Positions 8,246 to 16,849 of a DNA stretch of 64,000 nt are shown here, piece after piece. The position numbers and the translations under genes were made by a program. The notes below the pieces were generated by a model. It saw only the letters and a list, made by a program, of their open reading frames with translations, searched no databases and was not told the DNA's origin. The number at the start of each line of letters is the position of its first letter. Positions within the stretch are counted from its first letter, which is position 1. The stretch is from positions 62,001 to 126,000 of the IMG/VR virus record IMGVR_UViG_3300027770_001980. One strand, written 5' to 3'.

Positions 8246-11200
8246 GTGAACTTAACCGAACTATTTAGAAATCCTAAATTAGCCATCAACGAAGGTGGCA
8301 ATGTATCTAATCAAAGTCCAGGGTGGCAAGGAGTTCCGGGAGATCATCAGGCACAGGAACTTGATCTGCATGTCCATGATCGCGCCTATGTGCAAGATGT
8401 AGTAAGCCAACTATTACATACTATTAACGATGTATATGCTCAACAGCATCAAGAACCATTATGGCATGAGAATTCCGTAAAAACTCAAAAGTTCTTGAGT
8501 GGTAGCACTTTACAATTCATGGATAAGAATATTCCAGATGAAGAATTCATTCGTGTTAAACCTAAAGTAGGCGATATTGATACACAGGCGTCTGACCAAC
8601 ATGCTGATACAATCAAACAGTTCTTACAAAGCAATACAGGCAAGGCGTTTGGCAATGCCGTATTGTTAGGATTCACCCCGGGTAATAGTCAATGGGTTAG
8701 TCTATGGGAGATCAAATTAAAAGATCTACCTGTCAAGATACAGATCGACTTTGAATATGGAGCACATGAGAAGGAAACAGGATTACCTACAGAGTGGCAA
8801 TCATATAGTCATAGTAGTGCATGGGATGATATATCTCAAAACATCAAAGGTGTATTCCACAAATATTTAGATCGTGCATTGCCATACGCACAGGCCAGTA
8901 CCAAGTATGTGGCCCGTGTATTAAAGAAAAGCACCAAGATCTCCGATGCACCTGTTACAGATAGTGATTATAGTTTCGCTGTCAGTGGACCAGGCGGCGG
9001 TGGTGTTAGTCAGAAGTATGTGCCTTACAATGATCCTGCCACTGGGCAACCTATGGAGAAAGATGGAATTCCTGTCATGCAATTACTGGAACCCAGTGCA
9101 AGACAGTATGTTCAAAATCTCTCCCAACAATTTGAAATCTTCTTTGGACGCAAACCCAAAGGTAATGACCAAGAACTTAAAAACAGTTTCATTGGAACCA
9201 TACAACTAATCGCAAAATATTTAGATGAACAGAAGAAAGAAGAAATAGCAAGACGCTTCTTCAGCATATGTTTTGAACCAGGTAGTCAAATGATTACTCG
9301 TGGTGATCCGGCAAGAGATCGTGATATAAAATTTGCGGCTATCGATTGGATGTTGGAAAATATGAAGTTGGCTAATGCTGCTGGTTTGAGAAAAGAAGCA
9401 ATCGATATGGCCACTGCTTATGCTGCCGCTTTCCAAAATAAGGCCGCTAAACCAGTTAATGAAGAAGCACAGGTAAAAGCACAATTCCGTAAAGGTATGC
9501 CACACTTGCACGATCTTAAGCCTGCTGACTTGTTAGATCTATTAGACGAAATTCATGACGGAAACGGCAGATTTAAACTACAAAACATTCCTTTAAACGT
9601 CAAAGTAGACGGATTTGGTGGCAGATTTGGTAAGAATTCCGACGGTAAGCCTTTCATGGGCACCAGTAGAACAGAACCCAGATATGAACCAGGCTTCGTA
9701 GCGTATCATCAAAAGAAAGGCACCGTTGATCCGGAAATTTTAAACCGTGCTCAATTGTTTGATGACCTATTTGAGGAAATGATGAACGCTGTCCAATTAG
9801 TTGATAGCAAGTTAGGACCTGGATTTTTGGTCAACAAACAAGTCACATGTGAAGTATTGTATCTACCATTTGCTACAGAAACTCCAGAAGGTAAACTAAA
9901 GTTTGTTGGTATACATTATGACAAATTACCATCAGGTGTCAATCTTGCATTAGTTCCATTCCGTATCACAGATGCTACCACAGGTGAAGATTTACCTAAC
10001 TCAAACAAAATCGTCCAAGAATTAACCAGCGTAGGGCAGTCAGGTAGTGTCATGTTTATTGACAACAGCCTAACACAGAATGAAGCATTAGATGTTACAG
10101 CATTAGTTCCACCATTGGAAAACATTGAACAACTCAAAGGCATGTTGGCCAGCAACAAGTTAGAAGCCCGACGTCAAGTCAAGGCAGCATTGGAGCCAGT
10201 GGCAGCGGCATTAGAGAAGGCCATCATCGAAGATCCTAACATCATCGGTAAAGATTTATTAGGACAAGACTATGAAGGTATCGTTATCAACAGCCGCCTT
10301 GGTCCTATCAAAGTAACCAGTCAAGAACAGCGTGATGTTATCACTGCTAAAAATGCTGCTAAGACTAATGCAAGAACAGAGCGTCCAAGAGGCGAGGCTA
10401 AAACCGCAGTAGTTGCCATTGGTAGTTTCGTTGGACACATCGGCCACGAACAACTTTGGGACTATACAACTAAGAAAGCAGCAGCAGTAGGAGGTGATCC
10501 ATATTTGTTTATTGGCAATGCACAGGGCAAGGATGATCCTATTCCACCATCAGTTAAAGTTCAAACATGGCACAAACTGTATCCAGAATATGCTAAAAAT
10601 ATATCCACGGTGAATCAAGATGGCGGATCACTGCTACAAAAGATCAAACACGAATTAATCAATCCACTACCAGGCAAGCCTCCACGCTATGATAATGTCA
10701 TCATCATGGTAGGTGAAGATCAAGCAGGTCTCACTATGCCTCAAGCATTGATGAAGGCTGTTAACAAGTTCCAGGGTTACGAACATGTAAAAGTTACATT
10801 AGAACCGACACCGCGTGGTACAGGCATGAGTTTCACTCGACTACGCAACATCTTAAAAGATCCCAAGGCAACTCCAGATCAACAATTTGCTGAATGGTCT
10901 AAAGGGTTTGATGTGAGCAAATTAGGTGCAGACTGGATCTTACACCTTATGGATATAACAAGGAAAGGTATGGGAATACAACAACCACAGGCACCTGTTC
11001 CGCAGGCACAACCTACACCGTTAGCAGAACGCAGAGTATTAAATGCTCTAATCGAAGGTACCAGTATTGACAGCACACTACGAGCCATCATCAATGATGT
11101 TGGTGAACCTATTACCAATGTCTATGGCACGATGAAATTCCAAGCCAAGAAGTATATGGAAAATCACGGCGAACTCGGCCGTGGCTTTAGAATGGTAGCA

Positions 11201-13219
11201 GCAGGTGTTGGTGGTCGTTGGGTTCAAAATATGTATGTAGGTAGACTACAGAATGAACTATACGATCTATGCAAATACAATACTCGTAGAACTGTAGATC
11301 TACAAGAATTCCTACGCGGAGTCGAAACTGACGGTGAGTTAGAAATGAAGAGATCATTTGGCAACATCGCTAATAATCTACCTCCAATATTGGCCAAGTT
11401 AGGCGAACAAATCAACGCACCACAACTAACAAGAAATGCTCAGCGTTGGATGCAGAACAAAGCAGAATACGAACGATATCTAATGGATCTGGAAGCAGCA
11501 GGCGATGAGCCGGATGATATTCCTGTTAGAAGCAAGCCTCCAAAGAGTAATGCTGTCGGGCAACAGAATGCACAGGTTGATTCAATCATCAACAATGTGT
11601 TAGGTAAAGTTCCTAAAAGTATAGCAGGTGATATCCGTAATGCTATCGCTCGTGCTCCAAACAAATTGGCAGCATTGAAAGCGGAGTTAGATCGTCACAA
11701 TATCAATATGGCAGAAGACAATGATGTTATGTCACGCATGGCTCGAGATCTAACTGGTCCAGGTGCTCCTGATGCGAAACGCAGAGCCCAACGCGATCAA
11801 CAGCGTCAGCAGGATCGTGCTCAAAGTGATGGCAGAGATCATGGCCCTAAATGGGATGTAGAGGAAGGCGAACAAGATCCACAGTCAGAATTAAAACTGA
11901 TTAACCAAAAACTCAAAGATGCGTATAAACAAGTTCGTAACAATTCTTCTGTGTCAATAGGTTGGTACATGTCAGAGGTAAAAGCATTAAAAGCACGCCG
12001 CGAAGAATTGATTAAACAATTAAGACAAGGTGTGGCGGAGGCCGGTAGTCCTGCTCAACAGGCAGCAATAGCCATTTCTATGAAGAAAGCAGGAAAGAAA
12101 CCAAAAAGTGAAGATATCTCATTAAACGAACTATCAGGATACGGCGGTGATAAAAAATATGAGCACTTAGGCACTCATAAAAGATATGAGGTTTATGTCA
12201 CTAAACAAAAATTTAATAATTTATACTTTATTGCAATTGCCGAGAATACAAGAACGTTAGAGTCAAAATTTAAAGCAAAAGGTAACACTCCACAAGAAGC
12301 AGTGAATAATTTAAAATTAGAAATTGATAAAGAAATCGATGTTGCTACCAAAGTCAGTGGACAGGCTATATTAGATTTTAATGTTGATTTTGTAAAAGAT
12401 ATATTAGAAATGAGTTCCGATACATTCTACGCTAAAATAGTAGCGGGGCCAAGATTAGTTATAGCAGGACCTGAAATGATGGAATATCCTGAAATAATGC
12501 GTGATGAAGGATTTAAGCCAAGTGCTATTAGAACATATAAGGGTGGCGAGGGGACTACAAAACTTCCAGGAGTTCCGCTAAGTTCTAAATCAGCAGCGTC
12601 CGCAAATCTTATTGCCAATGGTAGATATGTGTTAGGAAATGAAGAACTCGATAAAGACGGCAATAGAGTATTTGAGTTAAACTTTGATAGTGTGGTACAG
12701 GCGTCAAACGATAAAATGAGACTAAGGGCACCTGCTCTTACTGTAGGAACCAATAGATCTCAAGGTGTGTCAGAGGCTCCTAAAAGTGCTGCGGTTAGAT
12801 TAGGCAATGCTATCAAGCGTGTGCAAGGTACAACAGCAGCAAGCCAAGCAAGATCTGTTATCCCTTCAAGTATCCCTAAACCAGAACCCAAGAAGGATGA
12901 GAAAACTAATGAGAGAATGATGCCAGCCAGTATGTTCGCAGGCAGCAAAAAGAACAAACTCGGACCAGCAGGACAATGGAAGAACACCGGACCTAAAAAG
13001 AACAAACCAGCACAGGCCGGTGATTTAGTTGGCGGTATGGAGGAAAGTTTAAAAGATTCCAACCCTTGCTGGAAAGGCTATCACCCTGTGGGTACCAAGA
13101 AAAAGTCAGGTAAAACTGTTCCAAACTGTGTACCAGTGAGCGAGAATGTTGAAAACATTATGGATGCTCTGATTAACAAGATCGTAGTAAATGAAGCAAT
13201 TCAGAATAACCGTAAATGA
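8246..13219 (+). CDS. 1657-aa modular polyprotein: Pol-beta-like NTase, ligase-like KxDG domain, HIGH-motif nucleotidyltransferase and several small modules
   Basis: GTG start MNLTEL; SGS...GDID (8498-8581); NVKVDG (9602-9613) and later YEGIVI; HIGH (10436-10447) with GED and R..GMSFTRLR; C-terminal CWKGY...GKTVPNCVP module. Confidence 0.65.
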   Translation: MNLTELFRNPKLAINEGGNVSNQSPGWQGVPGDHQAQELDLHVHDRAYVQDVVSQLLHTINDVYAQQHQEPLWHENSVKTQKFLSGSTLQFMDKNIPDEEFIRVKPKVGDIDTQASDQHADTIKQFLQSNTGKAFGNAVLLGFTPGNSQWVSLWEIKLKDLPVKIQIDFEYGAHEKETGLPTEWQSYSHSSAWDDISQNIKGVFHKYLDRALPYAQASTKYVARVLKKSTKISDAPVTDSDYSFAVSGPGGGGVSQKYVPYNDPATGQPMEKDGIPVMQLLEPSARQYVQNLSQQFEIFFGRKPKGNDQELKNSFIGTIQLIAKYLDEQKKEEIARRFFSICFEPGSQMITRGDPARDRDIKFAAIDWMLENMKLANAAGLRKEAIDMATAYAAAFQNKAAKPVNEEAQVKAQFRKGMPHLHDLKPADLLDLLDEIHDGNGRFKLQNIPLNVKVDGFGGRFGKNSDGKPFMGTSRTEPRYEPGFVAYHQKKGTVDPEILNRAQLFDDLFEEMMNAVQLVDSKLGPGFLVNKQVTCEVLYLPFATETPEGKLKFVGIHYDKLPSGVNLALVPFRITDATTGEDLPNSNKIVQELTSVGQSGSVMFIDNSLTQNEALDVTALVPPLENIEQLKGMLASNKLEARRQVKAALEPVAAALEKAIIEDPNIIGKDLLGQDYEGIVINSRLGPIKVTSQEQRDVITAKNAAKTNARTERPRGEAKTAVVAIGSFVGHIGHEQLWDYTTKKAAAVGGDPYLFIGNAQGKDDPIPPSVKVQTWHKLYPEYAKNISTVNQDGGSLLQKIKHELINPLPGKPPRYDNVIIMVGEDQAGLTMPQALMKAVNKFQGYEHVKVTLEPTPRGTGMSFTRLRNILKDPKATPDQQFAEWSKGFDVSKLGADWILHLMDITRKGMGIQQPQAPVPQAQPTPLAERRVLNALIEGTSIDSTLRAIINDVGEPITNVYGTMKFQAKKYMENHGELGRGFRMVAAGVGGRWVQNMYVGRLQNELYDLCKYNTRRTVDLQEFLRGVETDGELEMKRSFGNIANNLPPILAKLGEQINAPQLTRNAQRWMQNKAEYERYLMDLEAAGDEPDDIPVRSKPPKSNAVGQQNAQVDSIINNVLGKVPKSIAGDIRNAIARAPNKLAALKAELDRHNINMAEDNDVMSRMARDLTGPGAPDAKRRAQRDQQRQQDRAQSDGRDHGPKWDVEEGEQDPQSELKLINQKLKDAYKQVRNNSSVSIGWYMSEVKALKARREELIKQLRQGVAEAGSPAQQAAIAISMKKAGKKPKSEDISLNELSGYGGDKKYEHLGTHKRYEVYVTKQKFNNLYFIAIAENTRTLESKFKAKGNTPQEAVNNLKLEIDKEIDVATKVSGQAILDFNVDFVKDILEMSSDTFYAKIVAGPRLVIAGPEMMEYPEIMRDEGFKPSAIRTYKGGEGTTKLPGVPLSSKSAASANLIANGRYVLGNEELDKDGNRVFELNFDSVVQASNDKMRLRAPALTVGTNRSQGVSEAPKSAAVRLGNAIKRVQGTTAASQARSVIPSSIPKPEPKKDEKTNERMMPASMFAGSKKNKLGPAGQWKNTGPKKNKPAQAGDLVGGMEESLKDSNPCWKGYHPVGTKKKSGKTVPNCVPVSENVENIMDALINKIVVNEAIQNNRK
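12026..12040 (+). repeat. Recurrent module-junction motif CAAGGTGTGGCGGAG (QGVAE)
   Basis: First 14 nt identical to 14839-14852; related copies at 12761-12775 (CAAGGTGTGTCAGAG) and 15148-15162 (AGAGGTGTGGAGGAA). Confidence 0.7.
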
Positions 13220-13451
13220 TATTCCGCAAAGTAGTGAAGATGACTGCTACTTGTCTCCAGAAGATCCTATACACGAACTAAAAGCCACATCTATCATGGG
13301 TGGATTGGGTGGGCAAGAACGGCTGGCAGCATACAAGGCCACATTGAGACAGCCTGTTGTAGGCAGCAATAAAGGGCAGATACAACGAGAGCAGAACATC
13401 AAACCCGGAACTGAGGAATGGTTCGAACTTTGGTTTGGTCGTAATAAATAA
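13191..13451 (+). CDS. Hypothetical protein
   Basis: 86-aa ORF overlapping the previous stop; ends IKPGTEEWFELWF. Confidence 0.65.
   Translation: MKQFRITVNDIPQSSEDDCYLSPEDPIHELKATSIMGGLGGQERLAAYKATLRQPVVGSNKGQIQREQNIKPGTEEWFELWFGRNK
13444..13450 (+). promoter_or_regulatory. Putative late promoter core (ATAAATA)
   Basis: ATAAATA 7 nt before the Dps ATG. Confidence 0.5.
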
Positions 13452-13457
13452 CATATC

Positions 13458-13898
13458 ATGGAACAATTAACACAAATCGCCAAGGTTGCTTTTGCCAGTG
13501 AATTCAGTTTCGCACTAAAAGCACAGAATTTCCACTGGAATGTAGAAGGTAGTGACTTCTTGGAATATCATCAATTGTTTGAAATGATATACAGCGAAGT
13601 ATACGGCAGCATTGATGACTTTGCTGAAAATCTACGCAAGTTAGGAACTTATGCTCCTGCCAGTTTATCACGATTCAACATGTTAACACAGGTTGGCGAT
13701 GAAACTGAAATACTACCATTAGAGGCCATGGTGAAAGAATTATTGATGGATAATGAGAAGATGATACTTATCCTGAAGAAAACATATGCTGCCAGTGAAG
13801 CAGCAGGTGAGCCTGGATTTAGTAACTTCTTGGCAGATCGCATTGATGGTCATCGCAAGCATGGTTGGATGTTGCGTGCCAGTAGCCGAGGTCAATAA
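13458..13898 (+). CDS. dps: Dps / ferritin-like DNA-protection protein
   Basis: FHWNVEGSDFLEYHQLFE, DDFAENLRKLG and HRKHGWML match Dps ferroxidase-centre motifs. Confidence 0.9.
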   Translation: MEQLTQIAKVAFASEFSFALKAQNFHWNVEGSDFLEYHQLFEMIYSEVYGSIDDFAENLRKLGTYAPASLSRFNMLTQVGDETEILPLEAMVKELLMDNEKMILILKKTYAASEAAGEPGFSNFLADRIDGHRKHGWMLRASSRGQ

Positions 13899-14263
13899 TG
13901 CGGGCACTTGAATTTATTACCGAAAAGAAAAATGGTAAACTTTCCAAGAGACAACAGCAACCCACAAGAGGTGCTAATGTCTACAGCGACGGTGAACAAG
14001 TAAGTGGTGATTATACCTCTTACAGGTTAGGTATGGCAGTAGCAGGGGCAGACGGCAAGACTCCGGTGAAAATAGATTCAAAAAGTTGGGTTGGCAAAAA
14101 GAAAACTACACATCCTTATTCAGAGGTAGAACAAGATATGTTAAAAGATGCCTACAAAGCAGTAGGTGCAAAATATACCGACCTTAACCACGGCGATATG
14201 ACCAGCAAAGAGTTAGAAGGAACAAACACAGTAAGTCCTGTAGCAAATTGGAATAAACAATGA
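13898..14263 (+). CDS. Hypothetical protein with CTS-like N-terminus (MRALEFITE)
   Basis: TAATG-coupled to dps; N-terminus resembles T4 internal-protein CTS MKTYQEFIAE. Confidence 0.7.
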   Translation: MRALEFITEKKNGKLSKRQQQPTRGANVYSDGEQVSGDYTSYRLGMAVAGADGKTPVKIDSKSWVGKKKTTHPYSEVEQDMLKDAYKAVGAKYTDLNHGDMTSKELEGTNTVSPVANWNKQ

Positions 14264-16017
14264 ACAACGAATTTAAACAAATATCAAAAGGCGATATAAC
14301 TCGTTATGTATTAGAAAGTGGCAGCAGCGGTGGCACCAGTTCGGGAAGTGTTGCCAGTGTCAGTATGCCCATAGGCGGTACACGCAAGCGAGGTGCTAAT
14401 CTAATCGCACAAGAAGCAGATAAGAAAACAGTTCCAGCAACTACTCCAAGAAACTTCGTTGCCAAAAATGCCAAATCAAGTGGTGCCGGTGCTCACAAAG
14501 ATAAAAAGAAAGCAGCCAAGCAAGGTCAAGAAAAACATAAGAAACCTTTTATGGAAGACCATAGTACCGCCTCAGGCGGATGGGGTAAAGGCAGCTACGA
14601 TACATATACCGCAGGCAATCATGGACGCGGAGTTGCTGAAGATGAAAGAGACCACCCTGATCATGAAATACAAATGGCCAGTAGTGAACTACTAAGTATT
14701 GCCAAGAATGCTGAAGAATTGTTAGGCTTAGTACGTCGCTATAGCGAACAGGAAGGGCTTGATGCTTGGCAACAAAGTAAAATTACCAAAGCAGCCGACT
14801 ATTTGAATAGTGTGCTACAAAGCGTCAACGGTGAACAGCAAGGTGTGGCGGAAGGCTCTGAAACATCACAACAGCAACAAGTTCGTGCTGCAATTACTAA
14901 AGGCATGGAAAAATGGGATAGTAATAATAAGTCTACATATCAGAGTCAACCAACTAAAACTAATTATATGCCACCCAGCGGTTACGCTAGCGATTCATTG
15001 ACAGGAGTAGATTCCATTGATCCTGATGGTACCGTGGTCATATCTCTTGGAAATACTGGTGCCGAAGCCACAATTAAAAAATTAGCAACATTAGGTGGTA
15101 TGCCCGGCATTAAAACTAGACAACTGCAATCACCAACCGTTTCATCTAGAGGTGTGGAGGAAGGTGAGGGAAAACGCTGTATGCAATGTGGCATGACTAA
15201 CTGTACATGCCCACCGGGTAAATGCAAATGCAAACCCGTTGCAGGATGGATCCCAAACAAGGGATTTAAGAAAGATGTAGACGAAAGTTGGGATGATATT
15301 AAAAAGTTTGGCAAGAAGGCCGCAGTTGCAGGTGCTATAGGACTCGGCATTGGTGCCGCACATGCCGGCGGATGGTCACCCTCCGATGTTCCAGCAGGCG
15401 GACATAATCAACTGCCGGACATCGTTGCCCATGTTAAGTTTAAAGTGGGTGACAAGGAAGTTAGCAAAGAGATCAATTTAGGATCACACTATCGCTCACC
15501 AGGTGAGGCAGGTAAAGAACTTGAGAACTTTTTAAAGTCTAAAGGGATAAAATTCTACGAATATAGTCTTGAAAGAGTTAAACCAAAGGACGACGATAAG
15601 ATGGATAGTTCCCCTGCTACCGGCGATATGAAAGGTAGCATGGATACTAAAGAACCTGCTGCTACTGGCCCATCTACAGACAACTATATGGCCAAAGATA
15701 ACGATCCAGAACACGGACCGTCAATGGGCGGAAAGTTTGTTAAAGAAGGTGCAAAGGTCGATCGTCAGGCCAAGCATATTACTGCCAGTATGATGAAGAA
15801 AGGCAAGAGCAAGAAAGATGCAGAATCTATTGCTTGGGCACATATCAAACATCCTAAGAACGAAAGCGCAGATCCATACTTTGAATCACTACAATCTATG
15901 GTTGAGAGACAACTGGAACCTAACATGGAATTAGATACATGGATTGATAATTTCCAACATGCTGATCCAAATAAGTATCACCAATTTAAAAATAAGACCC
16001 CAGAAAAAAAAAAGTAA
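14260..16017 (+). CDS. Modular low-complexity polyprotein with repeated Glu-terminated junctions (GVAE/GVEE/VDE/VKE)
   Basis: 585-aa ORF of short Lys/Gly-rich modules; contains a six-Cys module and an internal signal-peptide-like segment; possible -1 extension to 16070. Confidence 0.65.
   Translation: MNNEFKQISKGDITRYVLESGSSGGTSSGSVASVSMPIGGTRKRGANLIAQEADKKTVPATTPRNFVAKNAKSSGAGAHKDKKKAAKQGQEKHKKPFMEDHSTASGGWGKGSYDTYTAGNHGRGVAEDERDHPDHEIQMASSELLSIAKNAEELLGLVRRYSEQEGLDAWQQSKITKAADYLNSVLQSVNGEQQGVAEGSETSQQQQVRAAITKGMEKWDSNNKSTYQSQPTKTNYMPPSGYASDSLTGVDSIDPDGTVVISLGNTGAEATIKKLATLGGMPGIKTRQLQSPTVSSRGVEEGEGKRCMQCGMTNCTCPPGKCKCKPVAGWIPNKGFKKDVDESWDDIKKFGKKAAVAGAIGLGIGAAHAGGWSPSDVPAGGHNQLPDIVAHVKFKVGDKEVSKEINLGSHYRSPGEAGKELENFLKSKGIKFYEYSLERVKPKDDDKMDSSPATGDMKGSMDTKEPAATGPSTDNYMAKDNDPEHGPSMGGKFVKEGAKVDRQAKHITASMMKKGKSKKDAESIAWAHIKHPKNESADPYFESLQSMVERQLEPNMELDTWIDNFQHADPNKYHQFKNKTPEKKK
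14839..14853 (+). repeat. Recurrent module-junction motif CAAGGTGTGGCGGAA (QGVAE)
   Basis: 14-nt exact match to 12026-12039 in a different gene. Confidence 0.7.
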
Positions 16018-16066
16018 TGGCCACAGCGGCCTTGTATAAAGCAAGACAGCCCAAGGTGAAGAAACA

Positions 16067-16849
16067 ATGAGACTAGATGAGTTTGATCAAGAAGACTACG
16101 AGATACGCAATCTAAAGAAGTTAGATGGTATCTTGGTCACACTCTGCAAATTGGTCATTGAAGGCCAAAAGAGAGATAAAGAACGCTATGGTATGGTCGC
16201 TGCCGCTGTATTAGATCCTGACAATAATTTGGTCATGGGATTAAATTATATGCAAGGCGATTTACATGTCCACGCTGAAAAAGCGGCCATGGAAGCCTAC
16301 GATAGAAAATACGGAGATATTCCAGAAGGCAGTATTCTTCTTACTACATTGAGTCCTTGCAGTGAATTCAGTGACGAAACTGCACAAGAAAGACACGGGG
16401 ATAGTTGTACCGATCTAATTAATAATTCCATCATACGAAAAGTCTATTGCGGGTTTATGGATCCAAGCCAAGGTGATGACGAGCACGAAGAAAGAGAATT
16501 CACTCTACAAGAAACTAACAATACCAATATTAGAACATTATGTGAAAAGTTTGCTGATACATTCTTGGAAGATGAGTTGAATGAATCTGCTGCTTGGCAT
16601 CGTAAGGCAGGTAAGAATAAAACAGGTGGGCTCAATCGTAAAGGCGTTATGAGTTATCGTAGAGAGCACCCTGGCAGTAAACTACAAACCGCAGTAACCA
16701 CTAAACCCAGTAAATTGAAACCGGGTAGCAAGGCTGCTAAACGCCGTAAATCATTCTGTGCTAGAATGGGCGGCGTTGATGGTCCTATGAAAAAAGATAA
16801 CGGTGAGCCCACACGGAAAGCATTGGCACTAAGAAAGTGGAACTGCTAA
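16067..16849 (+). CDS. Zn-dependent cytidine/RibD-type deaminase domain fused to a basic C-terminal phage module
   Basis: MRLDEF N-terminus; HVHAE and TTLSPC...C deaminase motifs; after LNE a basic module (AAWHRKAGKN...RRKSFCARM...WNC) like DUF6321 of T4-like phages. Confidence 0.7.
   Translation: MRLDEFDQEDYEIRNLKKLDGILVTLCKLVIEGQKRDKERYGMVAAAVLDPDNNLVMGLNYMQGDLHVHAEKAAMEAYDRKYGDIPEGSILLTTLSPCSEFSDETAQERHGDSCTDLINNSIIRKVYCGFMDPSQGDDEHEEREFTLQETNNTNIRTLCEKFADTFLEDELNESAAWHRKAGKNKTGGLNRKGVMSYRREHPGSKLQTAVTTKPSKLKPGSKAAKRRKSFCARMGGVDGPMKKDNGEPTRKALALRKWNC

Noticed and set aside
12026-15162. CRISPR-like or DGR-like array from the recurring GGTGTG motif
   Set aside because: Copies are few, irregularly spaced and in-frame within genes; no cas genes, reverse transcriptase or TR/VR pair in the window.
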